Part shown: positions 49,894-63,600 of the stretch, one piece after another
Position numbering within the stretch: the first letter of the stretch is position 1
Layout of the letters: each line of letters begins with the position of its first letter
NCBI GenBank assembly: GCA_965655095.1
Contig: CBFHFQ010000011.1
Coordinates: forward strand, 248,001-312,000
Direction of reading: 5' to 3'
Length of the DNA stretch: 64,000 bases
DNA from: Haplodiscus bocki
Taxonomy: Eukaryota
Made by a program: the position numbers and the translations under genes
The notes under the pieces: model-generated
What the model saw: the letters and a program-made list of their open reading frames with translations, nothing else
What the model was told of the DNA's origin: nothing
Databases searched by the model: none

Positions 49894-50904
49894 ATGACAA
49901 CTCAAGTGAACACTTCCCAAGTAACAGCACCAAATTTTTTGCGTCGAAGCGAAAATACGTTCGTCAGAGGTATCGTTCTAGTTATTAAGAAATACGACAA
50001 ACCTTTGCAGTTGTTTAGACCGAAAAATATCAAAAACAAGAGAGGTGCCCTCGATACCAGTTATGATCGATTAGTCATACTAGGCGAGATCAATTCAAAA
50101 GAATGCTTTGCTGTGATTGCGGAGTCTGCACAGAAAAGCTATTTTTTGTTCGGAGACACTCTGTTAACGGTAGGGTCAATTGTGGACGTAAAAGAACCTG
50201 TATTCTCGAATTCTTGTCTCGGCAATGACCGCAGTAATCCAATTTTCCATGTCTTTCTTCCTTTGGAAGTCGTGGTTAACAGTATTCCATTGTTGCCAAT
50301 TCCCATAGATCTCCACCCATCAACGACAGCAATGTTTCACTTTTGCTTGCCAAACAGACCCCTCACCTTCTTACAAGCAGGTGCTGTGGCTCCAACTTGC
50401 TCAGGCTTCATGTGTGACAGACGAGAAAAACGAATTGACTCTGTATGCCCCTGTATACAGAAATCTCCTGTTTCAGCTTGGGTAATGTGCGCCCGAATTG
50501 TCAGTCGTGACATCGAAAATGAAGACGAAGAATCCCTCACGGGAGAAATAATACAAAGTCTTAACCTTACAAAAATGTTTTGCAGCGAAGCAATTATTAG
50601 AAGTTCATACGCATCAATCGATTCGCAACAACTGCGGAATGCTGTTAACCAGGTGTCACAATTTGTAAATGAGAATGGAGGGTGGCAGGTATGTGGATTT
50701 TACAAAAGTGGATCCACAGACGAAAATCTTGCACAAAACGTACAACGTGTCCGCATTTGCAAAATTACGCCTGCCGTTGAAGTGCCTTTTAATTTGAAAT
50801 ACAACATTGTGCCATGCAACGCCAATATTGGCAATGAGCCCCCAGCTTTGCAACATGCGAATGCTAACGTCGGTGCTCCTAACAATCCGAACAACGTACG
50901 ATAG
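49894..50904 (+). CDS. Hypothetical 336-aa protein, H2 copy
   Basis: Intact and near-identical to 28681-29691. Confidence 0.8.
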   Translation: MTTQVNTSQVTAPNFLRRSENTFVRGIVLVIKKYDKPLQLFRPKNIKNKRGALDTSYDRLVILGEINSKECFAVIAESAQKSYFLFGDTLLTVGSIVDVKEPVFSNSCLGNDRSNPIFHVFLPLEVVVNSIPLLPIPIDLHPSTTAMFHFCLPNRPLTFLQAGAVAPTCSGFMCDRREKRIDSVCPCIQKSPVSAWVMCARIVSRDIENEDEESLTGEIIQSLNLTKMFCSEAIIRSSYASIDSQQLRNAVNQVSQFVNENGGWQVCGFYKSGSTDENLAQNVQRVRICKITPAVEVPFNLKYNIVPCNANIGNEPPALQHANANVGAPNNPNNVR

Positions 50905-52540
50905 CTGATCTAGACTTACTCCTCAGAGGACCGTTCTTTCTCCACCGCATCAGCTGCTTAAAGGCTTTCAAAACCAATCTCTCCTTTCGCAATCGACCGC
51001 AAGGTGGTTGCTGAAAAAAACTTGCACAAATTAACAAGTTTCGGAAAAAAAGTCAACTGATAAAGTTGTCCTCGTTCTTTCAAACCAAAATTTGTTCTCC
51101 TCCTTTTCAATCTTGAAACCTATCGTTCAATTTTTTTGTTTATGACAAAGTTTAAATTTCCAGTACTTATCAGTACCCAAAGGTTAATTGTTGGTTTTTG
51201 TAGAACTGTAAACACTAATGTCAAAATAGTTGTTGTTGAACAATGGAAATTAGTTTGCAACTGCCGACGACTTGTCTCTGTGAACATATGTTTTTCAGTA
51301 GCTCAGAACATTGTGGTAATTCGTGTTGCTTTTGAATGTGGATTGTTGGTTCGTGTAGAAGTTGTGAACTTTTTATCTTATGCAATTAACTTCTTGTTAT
51401 GTTAAACATTACTATCCCTTCATCACCGAACGTTGTGAACTTTGAAACAATGTCTTGCTATTCTATTGGGCTCAGTGCACACTCTCAGTTTGTTGCTTGA
51501 CGTTTGATGCAGTGAACGCTTTGCAAAACAGGGAAAAGGAATAAAACTAGAAAGTGTTCTAATTTTCGCCAACAGAAGAATGGGAACAAACTTTCATACG
51601 AAATTTTAAGGAAGTTTTTTTCTGAAGTCTATACAGGTTCATTTGCTTCATTCAGGTTGTTTTCACAAAGTAAAATCTGGGATCCTACTGCCTACAAATT
51701 GACAACATTGGTGCGCAAGTTTTTTGAGAAAGTTAAAACACTTTCGAGGGTCAAATTTTGAAAGTACTCGTTTGGAAAAAAATTTTAAGTTTTCTTCCCA
51801 GAAACTCATCCAACTTGAAGTTGTTTGTTAAAAGAACGGTTGCTTTCAATGAATTGCAGGCAAAAATTCCTGCCGACGTTCGCCATGCGCCTGTTTAAGT
51901 GTCATAATCAAATTCTGCGCCAAATTTTGATTTTTTGTTTTTTTTTATGGTTTTTTTTGAAAAGTTCGTCATAACCGTCATTTCTTTCGGCAAAGTGGCC
52001 GAAAATTTTTCATCTTCGGAAAATTGCCTTTCAAGTTATGGAGTCGATTTCATACTGGAGCCACTCCAGAGGGCAAACTATGCACTTCAATGTGGGAGCT
52101 ATGACGAAATGGTCGATTTTCGGCATTTTTTTCCAAATTTGATCCGTCATATCTCAACACCTATGACAAGTTCGTGGATAATTTTTTGCATGTGTGTAGC
52201 CCTTAGTTATTCTGCTTCACAGGAAAAGTTTCGGCCAAATGCATGTGGTTACTTGCAGGGCTGTCGGTAAAAAACTGCAAAATGAGGCCAAAAAACAGAA
52301 TCATCCCGTCATAATTCCCCAACCATTTTTGCTAGAATGATCTAACTTGGACCATTGTTCTTAGAATTGAAAGTTATGTCCGCATGCAAAGTTTGATCAA
52401 AATCGTATGGGTGGGAGCTGAGATCGCTAATTCCCTATACCGTTTGTGCATATTTGTTTTTTCTTATATTTTAACGCTCGGCAAAGGGGCCCCTCCCCCG
52501 CCTCGCAAAGACTAATGTGGGGCGCGATCCCCTGACCACC

Positions 52541-53597
52541 CAGTGGAGGCAACGGTGAAATTCACCAGTTGGCGGCCACTGGTTCTTTTTTTGTGCCAGT
52601 ACATGTATTTTCTCTGTTCCTATGAAACGTTCCATGTTAGGTACTTTCCCCAGTTTGATTCAAAAACTACATATTTAGAGACTTCTGTCATAAAAACTTA
52701 CAAAAGTGGATAAAAGAAGTTATGTCGAAATGTTTTCAGCCCCGATTTTCCTCCGAAACGCTGCGCTAATCTACGGAAAAACGGGGCGAAGGTAATGCTA
52801 ATTTTGGTTCTCAATTTTTGTCCTTTATTTATAGGTATTTCAACCGTTTGTTTGTTTTTTGAAAGAACTTCAGGAACTTTCCTCTACGTGAACCTTCTAC
52901 TTGATCTTGACCTCTTCCCAAAGGGAGAAGATTTTGGGCGAAAAAATCGGGCAACTTAACATCGGAAAAAATTCTACTGTCAAAAATAAAATTTTCTGAG
53001 TTTTTGGTTTTTTTTCCGGGAATTTCGTCATAACCGTCATTATTTTCGGCAATTTGACCAAAACTGTTTTTTTTGTCGGAAAATTATTTTTCATTTGACA
53101 CAGGTCCCGTCACGTTGTGACGAAAGCTCACATCACTTTTTTAACATCAACGTGGGAGAAATGACAAATTGGTCGATTTTGGCCTATTTTTGACAAATTT
53201 GAAAGGTCATATCTCCTAGGGCAAAAGGCCCTGGCCAAAAACTTTTGGCATGTAGGTAGTCCACAACAATTGTGCTTCACACAAAAAATTTTAGTCCAAT
53301 GCTATGGTTAAAGTGTGGAGATATTGCGAAAAATACATCGAAACCTGCCAAAAAACAGGATCATTGCGTCATATCTCCCCAACCAAAACAAAAACAATTA
53401 TGTAGGTGCCAAATATCTTCATACATCGGCGGACTCTAGCCACATGCAAAGTTTGATCGAAATCGTATGGTTAGGTTTCGAGATCGTCTCCTTTTCGGCG
53501 GGTTCAGTGTAAGTGTAAACTTGATTTTTGAAGCTCGGCACAGGGCCCCTCCCCCGCCTCGCAACATGGTTTTGTGGGGCTAAAGAGCGTGACCACC
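52541..53597 (+). mobile_element. Non-autonomous unit D3 (1057 bp)
   Basis: D termini. Appears identical to D2 at offset 19143. Confidence 0.83.
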
Positions 53598-54642
53598 CAG
53601 TGGAGGCACCGGTGAAAATCACCAGGTGGCGGTCACTGGTTATGCCATTCTGAAACTTCAACAAATTTGCTAGTGTTTTCTTTCAATGCAGTAATGATTT
53701 TTGCAAATGCATTTTTTATATATTGAAATTTACCATGTGAAATCTTCACCGATCTGGATGAGACATCGATGATGGAGCTTGCAAACATTTAGGCCCCGTT
53801 GTTTCTCCGTGTCGCTTCGCTAATCCACGAAACAACGGGGCGGGGCAAATAACATTTTAGCAATTGTGGTGAATTTTTTAAACAGAAACGCCTCACAGTT
53901 TGATTTTTTTTTCGCAGAATGACTTTTACTACAAAGTTTACCCCAAGTTGAAGAAACATTTGCACCAAAGCAGTTTGCGAAAAAAATCCGACCACAAAAA
54001 TATCAGAAACGAATTCTACGAGGAAAATTGAGTTTTTTGTTCAAAAAAATTTTTTTTCGGAAAATTCGTCATAACCGTCATATTTTTCGGCAAACTGGCC
54101 AAAACTTTTTAATCATCTGAAAATTATCTTTCAAGTTATGGAGTCAATTTCAGACTGGAGCCACTCCAGAACGCAAGCTATGTACTTCAATGTGGGAGCT
54201 ATGACGAAATGATCGCTTTTCGGCATTTTTTTCCCACTTTGAGCCGTCATAACTCCACACCTATGACGAGTTGATAGAAAGTTTCTGGCATGCGTGTAGC
54301 CCTTAGTCATTATGCTTCACACAAAAAGTTTCGGCCAAATGCATGTGGGTGCTTGCAGGGCTGTCGGTTAAAAACTGCAAAAAATGAGGCCAAAAAACAG
54401 AATCATCCTGTCATAATTCCCCAACCAATTTTGCTAGAATGATCTAACTTGCACCATTGTTCTTAGAATTGAAAGTTATGCCCGCATGCATAGTTTGATC
54501 CAAATCGTATGGGTGGGAGCTGAGATCGCTAATTCCCTATACCGTTTGTGCATATTTGTTATTTCCTATATTTTAACGCGAGGCAAAGGGGCCCCTCCCC
54601 CGCCTCGCAAGGACTAATGTGGGGCGCAATCCCCTGACCACC
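53598..54642 (+). mobile_element. Non-autonomous unit C6 (1045 bp)
   Basis: C termini and internal hairpin. Confidence 0.85.
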
Positions 54643-57600
54643 CAGTGGAGGCGACGGCGAAAATTACTAGAGGGCGTGAGGTTTGAATCCGTGTTTCTTT
54701 CGTGTTCAGATTTATTTTCTGCGACAAACGGGCGTAGTCCTTTCATTGTGCGTCAGTCAACGTGAAGTAATATGTTGTCGGTTTTTGTGACGAAGACAAA
54801 AAATGCCCTTTAGGTGCCAAATATTGACAAAGTAATCGTTAATCCCGATTCCAGATTGTTGTTCTAACTTCTCTGTTTCCGGCATGAGAGGTAATTTTGT
54901 TTTTCTGTAGAAGCACTGGCTTTGTCGATGCAGTTCGAAAAGGTGCAGTTAGGTGGTGAATACGAACGGGGCCGAAGTCTGCAGAGCAATGAACAGTTGT
55001 TATCTTGGAACAAAATATGTTTCTGTTGACATTTCAGTTTAATAGCTGCTTTTGAGCTTTTTCTCCAGCTAGCAAAATTCTGCGTTATTGTCTAATTCAT
55101 TTCTATAATTTATTCGTACTTAAAATAATAAATGTGAATAAAGGTTTGTTTTAAACTCGAAATTGTTATCTCAACTTTTGCTGTTTCTTTTGCAGCTGTT
55201 TCCAGAGAAATCGTTTTTTGTCTCTCATAGCTGTTTTTGTTTCTTTAAACAAAGAAAAAACTTGATTGGTGTTCAATTACGCACTCCAAAGGTATGTTTG
55301 GCTTCTGCCTTGGTGGAAGAAACAAATGTTTTGCTGCTTCTAATGTCTTCTGCAGGGATAGTCATGATAATGGAACTTTGCAACGGGATACTAATATTTA
55401 ATGAACAAACATCAGAATTTGGAAACGGGTGGCTTGCAGGAACCTTACGCGTTGTTTGAACCTCAAAAATCACGACGAAGGTTCTCCAGTTTCTGATACC
55501 AATGAGACTCATTTTCAAGGGTTCCAATGATTGTTATGACTTAAATTGGTTTTTTTTTAAAAATATGTCTAAATAATATCAACCACCCCTTCCTCCGCTT
55601 TCGAATTTTAATTTCTGAATAGTTTTGTTAATGAAATTTTACTGTTCACAAAAAGAGGCAACGGTATGATGCCTTATTTGTGATCGGCGCCAAATGCAAA
55701 ATTTTTTTCCGGGCTTCTGTGGTTTTCTTTTAAGGGAAACGTTGCATTGCGCATCTAGTAGGTAATTTTTATTTTTTCTTTGTTTTGTTTTGTAATGGAT
55801 AACACGATTGATCACAATCATTTCTTGATTTAAGGCTTCCTGCGGTGTAGCTCTATCTTTTTAATTGAATCAACCGTTTCTTGACGGCAATGGTCCCGTT
55901 TCCCCTTGTAGTGGTATGAAGTTTCACTGACCAATATTGTTGTTCAATCAGCACTTGATTAGAAAATCAGTGAAAGCTACTGCACGCTTAATTGTGGCTT
56001 GATGTTTTCCCGTTAATTCGCTTTCTTCATTTGTTTACAAGGTTGTGCGAGCTACTTTTCTCTAAATAATTTCGTTTTCTATTCACGACTTCCGATTGAC
56101 ATGACTGTGCTGCTTTTGCGGTCAACATATTTGGAAAACGCACCCAACCAATTTTCCGAAATGCTGTTTTCCTATATATAATTACCTTCTTTCAAGACTG
56201 TACTGACAATTCAAAATTTCTCATGTTTTCGCGGAATCAATGAGTTTCGATACTCCGGATTGAGCAGTTAACGGAGCATTTCTTCAGCTGTATAATTCTA
56301 TCAATTGTTCAACATTTTACCGAGTTTCGAATTAGTCCTTCCGTTGTTTGAATTTTTTCCTCATCTTAAATAATTGAATTTCCTGAAGCATTTTATTTTT
56401 TTTTATTGTTGATATTACTATTTTATTCACAACGTTTTTCTTCCAATTCCAATCCTGATACTCTGATCCCCCAGAGTCATTTGCATTTTTGCTGGACGGA
56501 TGACAATTCACTTCTTCAACCTTATGCTAGATCGACTGTTCACGTTTGACATATGTTACACCAAAGACATATATAAACCCTCGTTGAAGTTTGTAAAGTG
56601 ATTGATTAAAAATTAAAACGTATTTCAATTTTAACTTTATAAACATCTGTTTAATATGCGTAACGTTTTCTCACGTGTAATTGCTGGCTGTGGAAGGTTT
56701 CATTTAGGAAATATTATTTTCATTAATTGTCAATTTTCTCTCTTGGGCTAGCTTCGACGTTTAAAACTCAATGCTTTCGAATCTTGAGGTCCACGTTGAG
56801 GCTCCTTTTTTTCCTGCAGTACAGATTTAAAGAAATGACTCCACGGCCAGAAATTCAAAATTTCAAATAAACTTTACTTGTAATAGATCAGCCGAAAGAT
56901 GATCTTTATCTAAATGTCAATAGACGGAATCAAGACACAATAAGAAACAACGGCGTGATAGCCATATTGATCAAAGACTTTAAGCAATTCAGTTTTTCAA
57001 GTTCAAGATGGAAACTATATCGCAACGATTAAATGTGTCCGAAAAATGCTAGGCAGTTGGAATTGCTCAAACCTATGGCACTTTTAGAACCTCCTTGATC
57101 CAATTTTTTTATGTTTTCATCAAGGTTTTTCCCATCTGGATTCTTGAAACTTACCCTCTGTTCTATGAGTGTGCCTGTTCAACTATCAACGTTGACAAAA
57201 CGACATGAAAAAGACAGCGAATACAGTTTGAACAATTTGTTACTAAGCTCTTGATTTTAAGAAGGTTCCCAACGTTGAAGTGTTATGAAAAAATTACTAA
57301 ATTCATTCTTTTGACGCCCAAAAACTTTCAGTAGTGGTTTACGTTGTAGTTCACTGAGATGAGCCCTGAATATTTGATTCTCAAATTTTGTGAGAGAAAA
57401 AGAGAATTCGACGAAGAATGGTGGAAATGTAAAGCTTCCCATTGTTTCTCCCAACTGAAACAAAATTGTTGTAGCAACAATTCTCTCTACCCCCGTCATT
57501 TTTATGAAATGGTTATTAAATGCATTTTTTTAGACTACAGAACTCATGAGCTTCTTCCTATATTAAATGTGGTCTCTGTTCGTCTTGTATAAGTCATTTT

Positions 57601-60600
57601 TTTCGGAATATGGACAGACCTTTTCATTTTTACATCTGTTAAAACAAGCTACATGTTTTATAGGTGAAACAAAGTTACTGATTTCTTTCAGGCCCTTGAA
57701 AACGAGAATTTTTTACCTGCAACAACTAAATTAAATTGATGCCTGGTTTACACCAGTCGGAAGCACTAAGAACCTCTCAAAAACTTTTGTGGCCTTACTT
57801 TTACGCAACTTCAGTTACTTGCTGCGATTTTTTGCCAAAAATTTTCAATTTTCCAAATTGTTTGTGAAACTGAAAGTTTACGTCGTGTCTGATTGAAGTC
57901 AGTAAATCTGCTGAGGAAGCCTTGGTTTTGCTCCATTCCGTTCGCAAAACCAAGGCGCCTGGTTTATGAATGGTTGGAAACGAATTATGATTTTTTACCG
58001 TACTGGCTTATCTTTTCCGCTGCATCGACCCTTAAAATTAACTAGACAGGCAACGGTTTGTAATCGAACCTCAAAAGACTTTGCTCAAACGACAATTTGA
58101 TGTATTTACCTGCTATACGAATTTGCCTGCAATTTATTCAACGTGTGGTTGTATTGTAACTTTTTGTTCTTTCATATAGTTATGATCCCATTGAACTAAT
58201 GTCTGTTGTGTTTGACAATGTCAAAGCAAAACAGCAAAGGAAACTTAAAGCGTCGACGTTGTACTTCCTGTGGACAATTTGTTGGAGAACATCATGTGTG
58301 TGCAAAATCAATTGAAGTTGAACTTCAGGCCAATGAGTCTTTAGGAATTTTATACAAAATTCCCGATGCTTCAGTTTCTGTCTCACCTGCCGCGAGAACG
58401 GAGATACACAGCTCGCTGAACACTTTGGGGTTGATTGACTTTTGGAAGCCTATAGTAACAGCTATCGGAAATGATACAGTTATCTGCTCCACGCAGCCAG
58501 TCCGGGTAACAGCAGTGCTTGGGGACGGTAATTGCCTTTTTTCCTCTCTGGCAGTTGCTCTCGGGCTGTCACATGAATGTGGCCCAATCATACGAAACAT
58601 TATTGTCAGCCACATGAATTTAATCAGTTTCCCCCCTAATAGCCTGCAAACATCTGTTTACTCCGACGACTTTCCCAACCAACATCATATTTTGAATTGT
58701 ACTTCCGTCCATGAGTACCTCCGCGAATCTAGAATGGCAGAAAATGGCGTTTTTGGAAGCTGTGTTGAAATATATTCATTTTGCCAAATCTTCAAAGTCG
58801 ATGTTTTTTTGTACCATGTTCCGTTCCAATCCTGGATGATTTATGAATGTTCCTCCAACGTAAATCGAGAAGGAATTTTCATTCAACAAAACAGGAATGC
58901 AAATCACTTCGAGGTGATAACAGAGCTAGTTTCACTTGGTCCTGAAAGCTCCAGCGTAGCGCAAGTTGCATCAATTGATCGCCCTTTTTCTCAATTAAGC
59001 GAAAATAATCACCGGACTGTAGCATTGCAGAACTGCGAAGCAACTGCAACTGAACCAGCTTCGAAAAAAAGAAAAGTCCATTCTGATTACGCCTGGGAAG
59101 AGCACCCAAAGACTCTCGCAACAAGTCCCTTGAACATTTCAGTATCTACCAATATGAAGAGACTTTCGGCCTTGGAAACATTATCAACAAATTCAGCGGA
59201 CCTCCTAAACAACGATTGTTCACAAATGCTGGACGCCCCATGTTCTGCCTTTTCCAGAACAGATAGTGTTTCAACAAATATGCACACGAACAACGAGTGC
59301 CCCAGTTCGGGCGGATCTGACTGTTGCGCAAAATGCATGCGCCAGTCAACAGTTCTTTACCCTTTAAAATTGACGAGGAAGAACAAACTTGATCTTAAAA
59401 ACCGTGTGTTTGGACACAAGCTAACGCAGCCCATTGTTGCTTTATGTAAGCCCTGTCTTCTCTATTGCACAACCGAAAGTTATGATTGGTACAATGCTTG
59501 GCCGTCTGTGTTTTTCAGCCTATTGAGTGATCAAGACAGGCCAGCTAGAACCCAAATGGATATTTTGTCTTTGTTACCTTGGTAATTGAGACAGCAGTGG
59601 ATGACATCCATGCACTACTTTCCCCTTTGCGTTCAAAGATGTCTAAGTCAGAAACGGATTTCTGGGAAATGTTCCGTTGATGGGACGCTTCGTTTGCGTC
59701 GTTTCCAGAAACTCATGAAAACCTTAAAGCAGACTAACATAGCTCTTGCCCTGGACAATGAACCTTATCCCAACGTCCGCTGCCCATATGGGTGCTGGTG
59801 TTTCATTGAAGAATCAGGTTGGATACCCGCAAATCACTTCATCAACTTTTTTGAGAGAAACTTTACCTCGTTCCAGTCCTCCAGCCTCCTGCATCTAAGA
59901 GGAATTAGGTCCGACTTTTTAACACCATTTGTGTCCCTGCGCCAGTTCCTAGTAGCAACTACAGTGCGAGTTGATGAAAAAGTGGGACTCGTGGTTCAGA
60001 CTTGCTCCATGCACTCAAGAGGCTCCAGTGTGCAGTACTTTCATCCGCCATCACATCCTTCGCTGGGGCGAACTACAGTGAATTATGAAGAACGTCTTAG
60101 TGCGATCGCACCCACATTGTCGTTCGTCTCCAGCATCAAAGCCAACTTCGCAAGTCATACATACCAATTGCTAAGAAGTGTTGGCTCTTACAGTGGAATG
60201 AGCACAGTCCGATTGAAGCGGAAAACGCGCTGGGATTTCACTAGTGACATTTTGTATCATGCTGAAGGCGTCGCCTGTCACTTCAGAGAAGACATTAAAA
60301 CAATGATTCGTGAGTGGGTAAGACAGGGTAAAATCCTTGATGACGTAGCTTCGGGAATGCTGGATTATGTACCGGACAATAAGAAAGTCAACAGTTGTTT
60401 GTCACAGGCCACTTCAATAGACTTACAAACATGCCTGGACCTCACAAAAATAGTGGAAAAGAATGAAAAAGAGTATCTCAACAATGCTGAGCTGTTGAGC
60501 TGTTACACTCTCGTTCATGGGAATGATGATTACGGTTGCTCTCCACCTCCTCTAGAAAATAGAGTTAGCATAGTTTCGTGGATTGTGCAGGCTGCAGCTT

Positions 60601-63600
60601 GTGTTTCCCCAATACTTTGTCGTTCCTTAGTGAACTCTTCAAATTACAGTGTGACACTTAGGCCTTTGTTCACTTTACTCAGGAAAGTGTTGCTTGGCAC
60701 CGGAAGAATGAATACAGCAAGAGTTTTATGTCTTGTTGAAAAATCCGAACAAGCTGTATCAGCTGTAATTGAACAAAATAAAAGTGATGACAAAACAGAA
60801 GGAACAGCCGACTGTTGTTGTTTTGTAGGAGCAAGGTTTCTATCAAAAATTTGTAACACCATTCAACACTTTCCCTTAGACAAACGGAAAAATATCGGTT
60901 CAGCCACCAGAGAGCACGTTTCGTACAACATGACCCATGCCATTTTTACGACAGGTTCCCCAAAAAGTTTGCGGAACAAGGTTGAACCACCGTTAACCCT
61001 GATTATTTCCGACAATGAATTTGAATTGATCGCAGTTGGAACGAAGGATGGAAGCAGCAAGGGAGAACCGAGGTGGTTAGTTAGACATGGAGGAAAGTTT
61101 CAAGGGTTTTGGCTCATTGAGAAAAGTACAAAATTTGCCAAAAAAACAGAAGGTTCCCCGACTGATAACTTGGAAACTTTAATTCGGGGATATTGGACAA
61201 TTGCGATTTATCAAATATCGAGAAATGTTGAATTGATTGATTTGAAGTGGAAATTTCTGAGCACTTTGACCGGTCAGGGTATTTTTATTTGTGGACATCA
61301 CACAATTCCTTTAACCAGAGACTTCAGGAAGAGTGGTTTCCAATGTAGATGTCGTCGTGCATCGTTTTTGCGCTGCCCGCATTTGCAATGCTACTCTTGC
61401 GTTTGCAAGCGTCACTTCAATGAAGGTCTACAGCAGCAACACAGACGTATTTTAATTGATTCAGTACCGTTGGAGAACTTAAATAAAACGAATTCCCCTT
61501 CTATAGTATCGGAATCATCTTCCTCACGGGATTTTATTGATCCCAACATCATCTCTGCAACTGAACCAATTCAACCAGATGCGGCAACAGAAACGTTTGA
61601 GATTGCATCAAGCAACAGTTCTTCTGTCAGTTTTATTCTTCATCCGGAAAGAAATAACGAAGAATTCGAAGATGACAACGTGAGAATAATGGCAACATTA
61701 AAAACCAACCCTGATGAAAAACTGATTTCCGTGGATCATGAACGAAAAGAAGATGCTTTCAAACTACCGCTCCATATTCTTTTAAACTCACAATGCAATC
61801 TTCTTTATCGACGTAACGTGAATCCAATCAGCCTTTCCCTGAAAGAAAAACGTTTCCTTGAAAATATTTCAGCTACTTCGACGTCTGCATTACCGCTCAT
61901 TCAGCCCGAAGCTCTTCTTTTCCCATCGATTTTTTGGTGTCAAGCTAGCAGCGGCAGTTTTCAAGGAGCAATACCAACTGCTTTATACAATTCATCCAAG
62001 TACAACAAACAGCTGGGTTTCGCTGGTTTGGATGACATGCTTCGAACTCGAATCAAAGACGGTTCTCTTTTGACATCTTGCAATCCTACTTATTTGCAGT
62101 ATGTGTTTGATTGCCTGTTGAACATGCAGCTTCATAAAAGTGACATTAGGCTAATACTAAATCGAGGATGGCAAGAAGTTAATTCTGCTCCTCGTAATTG
62201 CTCATTCGTTTCGACTCAAACTTTCAAGTTTGATTGTGCGGAAAGTCGAAAAAATGTCTGCGAACTTGCGGCTTTAATTAGAGACAAAAATCCAACCTAC
62301 TTTGTGACCTACACTTGTAGTCAATCGACGCACCCGGGGATTCGGAAAATCTTTGAAGCACTGCATGAAATGTATCCCGCAGAAACCACTCCCAAGGAAG
62401 TACTTTCAGCAGCAATTCAAGCTGAACTCATGCCCATGCTCAGGTCTTGGCACCGCGCCTCTCAATATGTAATGGAATGGGTGAAAAATTCACCAGAAAA
62501 ACCACTGGGTCCTGTGTCTCATATTTGGATGAGGTACGAATGGCAGGAAGAGACAGCTGGCTTTCCTCACTTGCATGCTATTTTGTGCACACCAGAAGAT
62601 AAATTTAGTGATGATGTACGATCTCGTGTTTGCTGTTCAAAACAAACGTTTTTGGGTGGCTTAGAAGTCAGTTGCCCCGAATTGGACGCAGTCGAACGTT
62701 TCCATCTGGGTGAACTTTACCAAAAGTATCAAACCCATAACTGTTCCAAAGGTCGTAAACGTTGCCATAAGAAGACAGACAGGATGGAGAAACCAATTTG
62801 TCGTGTGCCTAAATATCCTCCTTCGAATTGTTTTTCTTTCAAGGAAATTCCTGTGAACTTTTCCTGCGAAACAATGGGACTTCTGCGAGAAATGGATTTA
62901 GCAGACATAGATGAAAACTCGCTAGTCCCAAAAGTGAAAGATCCTTTAACCGCCGGAAAACATCATTATCCCACTGTTTCTAACGAACATTATTCACCAA
63001 CGAACGCTGCTCTTTTTGCTTTGACACAATCCAGCACCAATGTTCAAATATGTGACGACTACATGGCCCCCCGCTACGTTGCAAAATATGCAGCCGGCAT
63101 TGAATCTCGAGCAGTTGCCAAAATTGTCGCTGGTGAAACAGAAAATAGTGTCAAAGTCTTGACAGAACCAATCGCACATGAAAAAATAGCTGGGGTACAG
63201 GCTTCGCTAAAGAAATTGAGAGGCGATGAAAAACAAAAATCGGTAACTGGTCGTGTTGTCAGCATAACAGAGTGTCTCTGGTGGTCCTTACAACTTCCGT
63301 ATGTCTGTACAAATGTCGATTTTGTTCACGTGCCAACTGTTCCCAAAGAATATCGATCTGGAATTGTCACTGAAAAACGATTTAGCAATATTATTAAGTT
63401 GGGCGCCACATTCATGGAAGGAATCCGAGTTCGGAAACACGTTTTACAACTCCCAAAGCACCGGCAGTTCACTAGGACACAAAGTTTTCTTCTCGCAGAT
63501 GTTGAAAACAGCTCTATTTCGCCAGACAAAGTAACAGTTTTTGGACTCCGCCCACCTGAACTTTTGTTTGTCTCGAAGTTAAAAAATTACTACAGTTGGT

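Larger units (their letters stand above)
35496..52540 (+). mobile_element. Full-length, potentially autonomous Helitron-like element H2 (17,045 bp)
   Basis: Junction-to-junction unit with an intact RepHel ORF, SGNH gene and 336-aa gene. Confidence 0.92.

Noticed and set aside
1245-54645. CRISPR array or bacterial integron interpretation of the repeated junction
   Set aside because: The intervals are 1-17 kb repeated units rather than unique spacers. There is no cas gene or tyrosine integrase, and the DNA has spliceosomal introns. The integron comparison is only an analogy.
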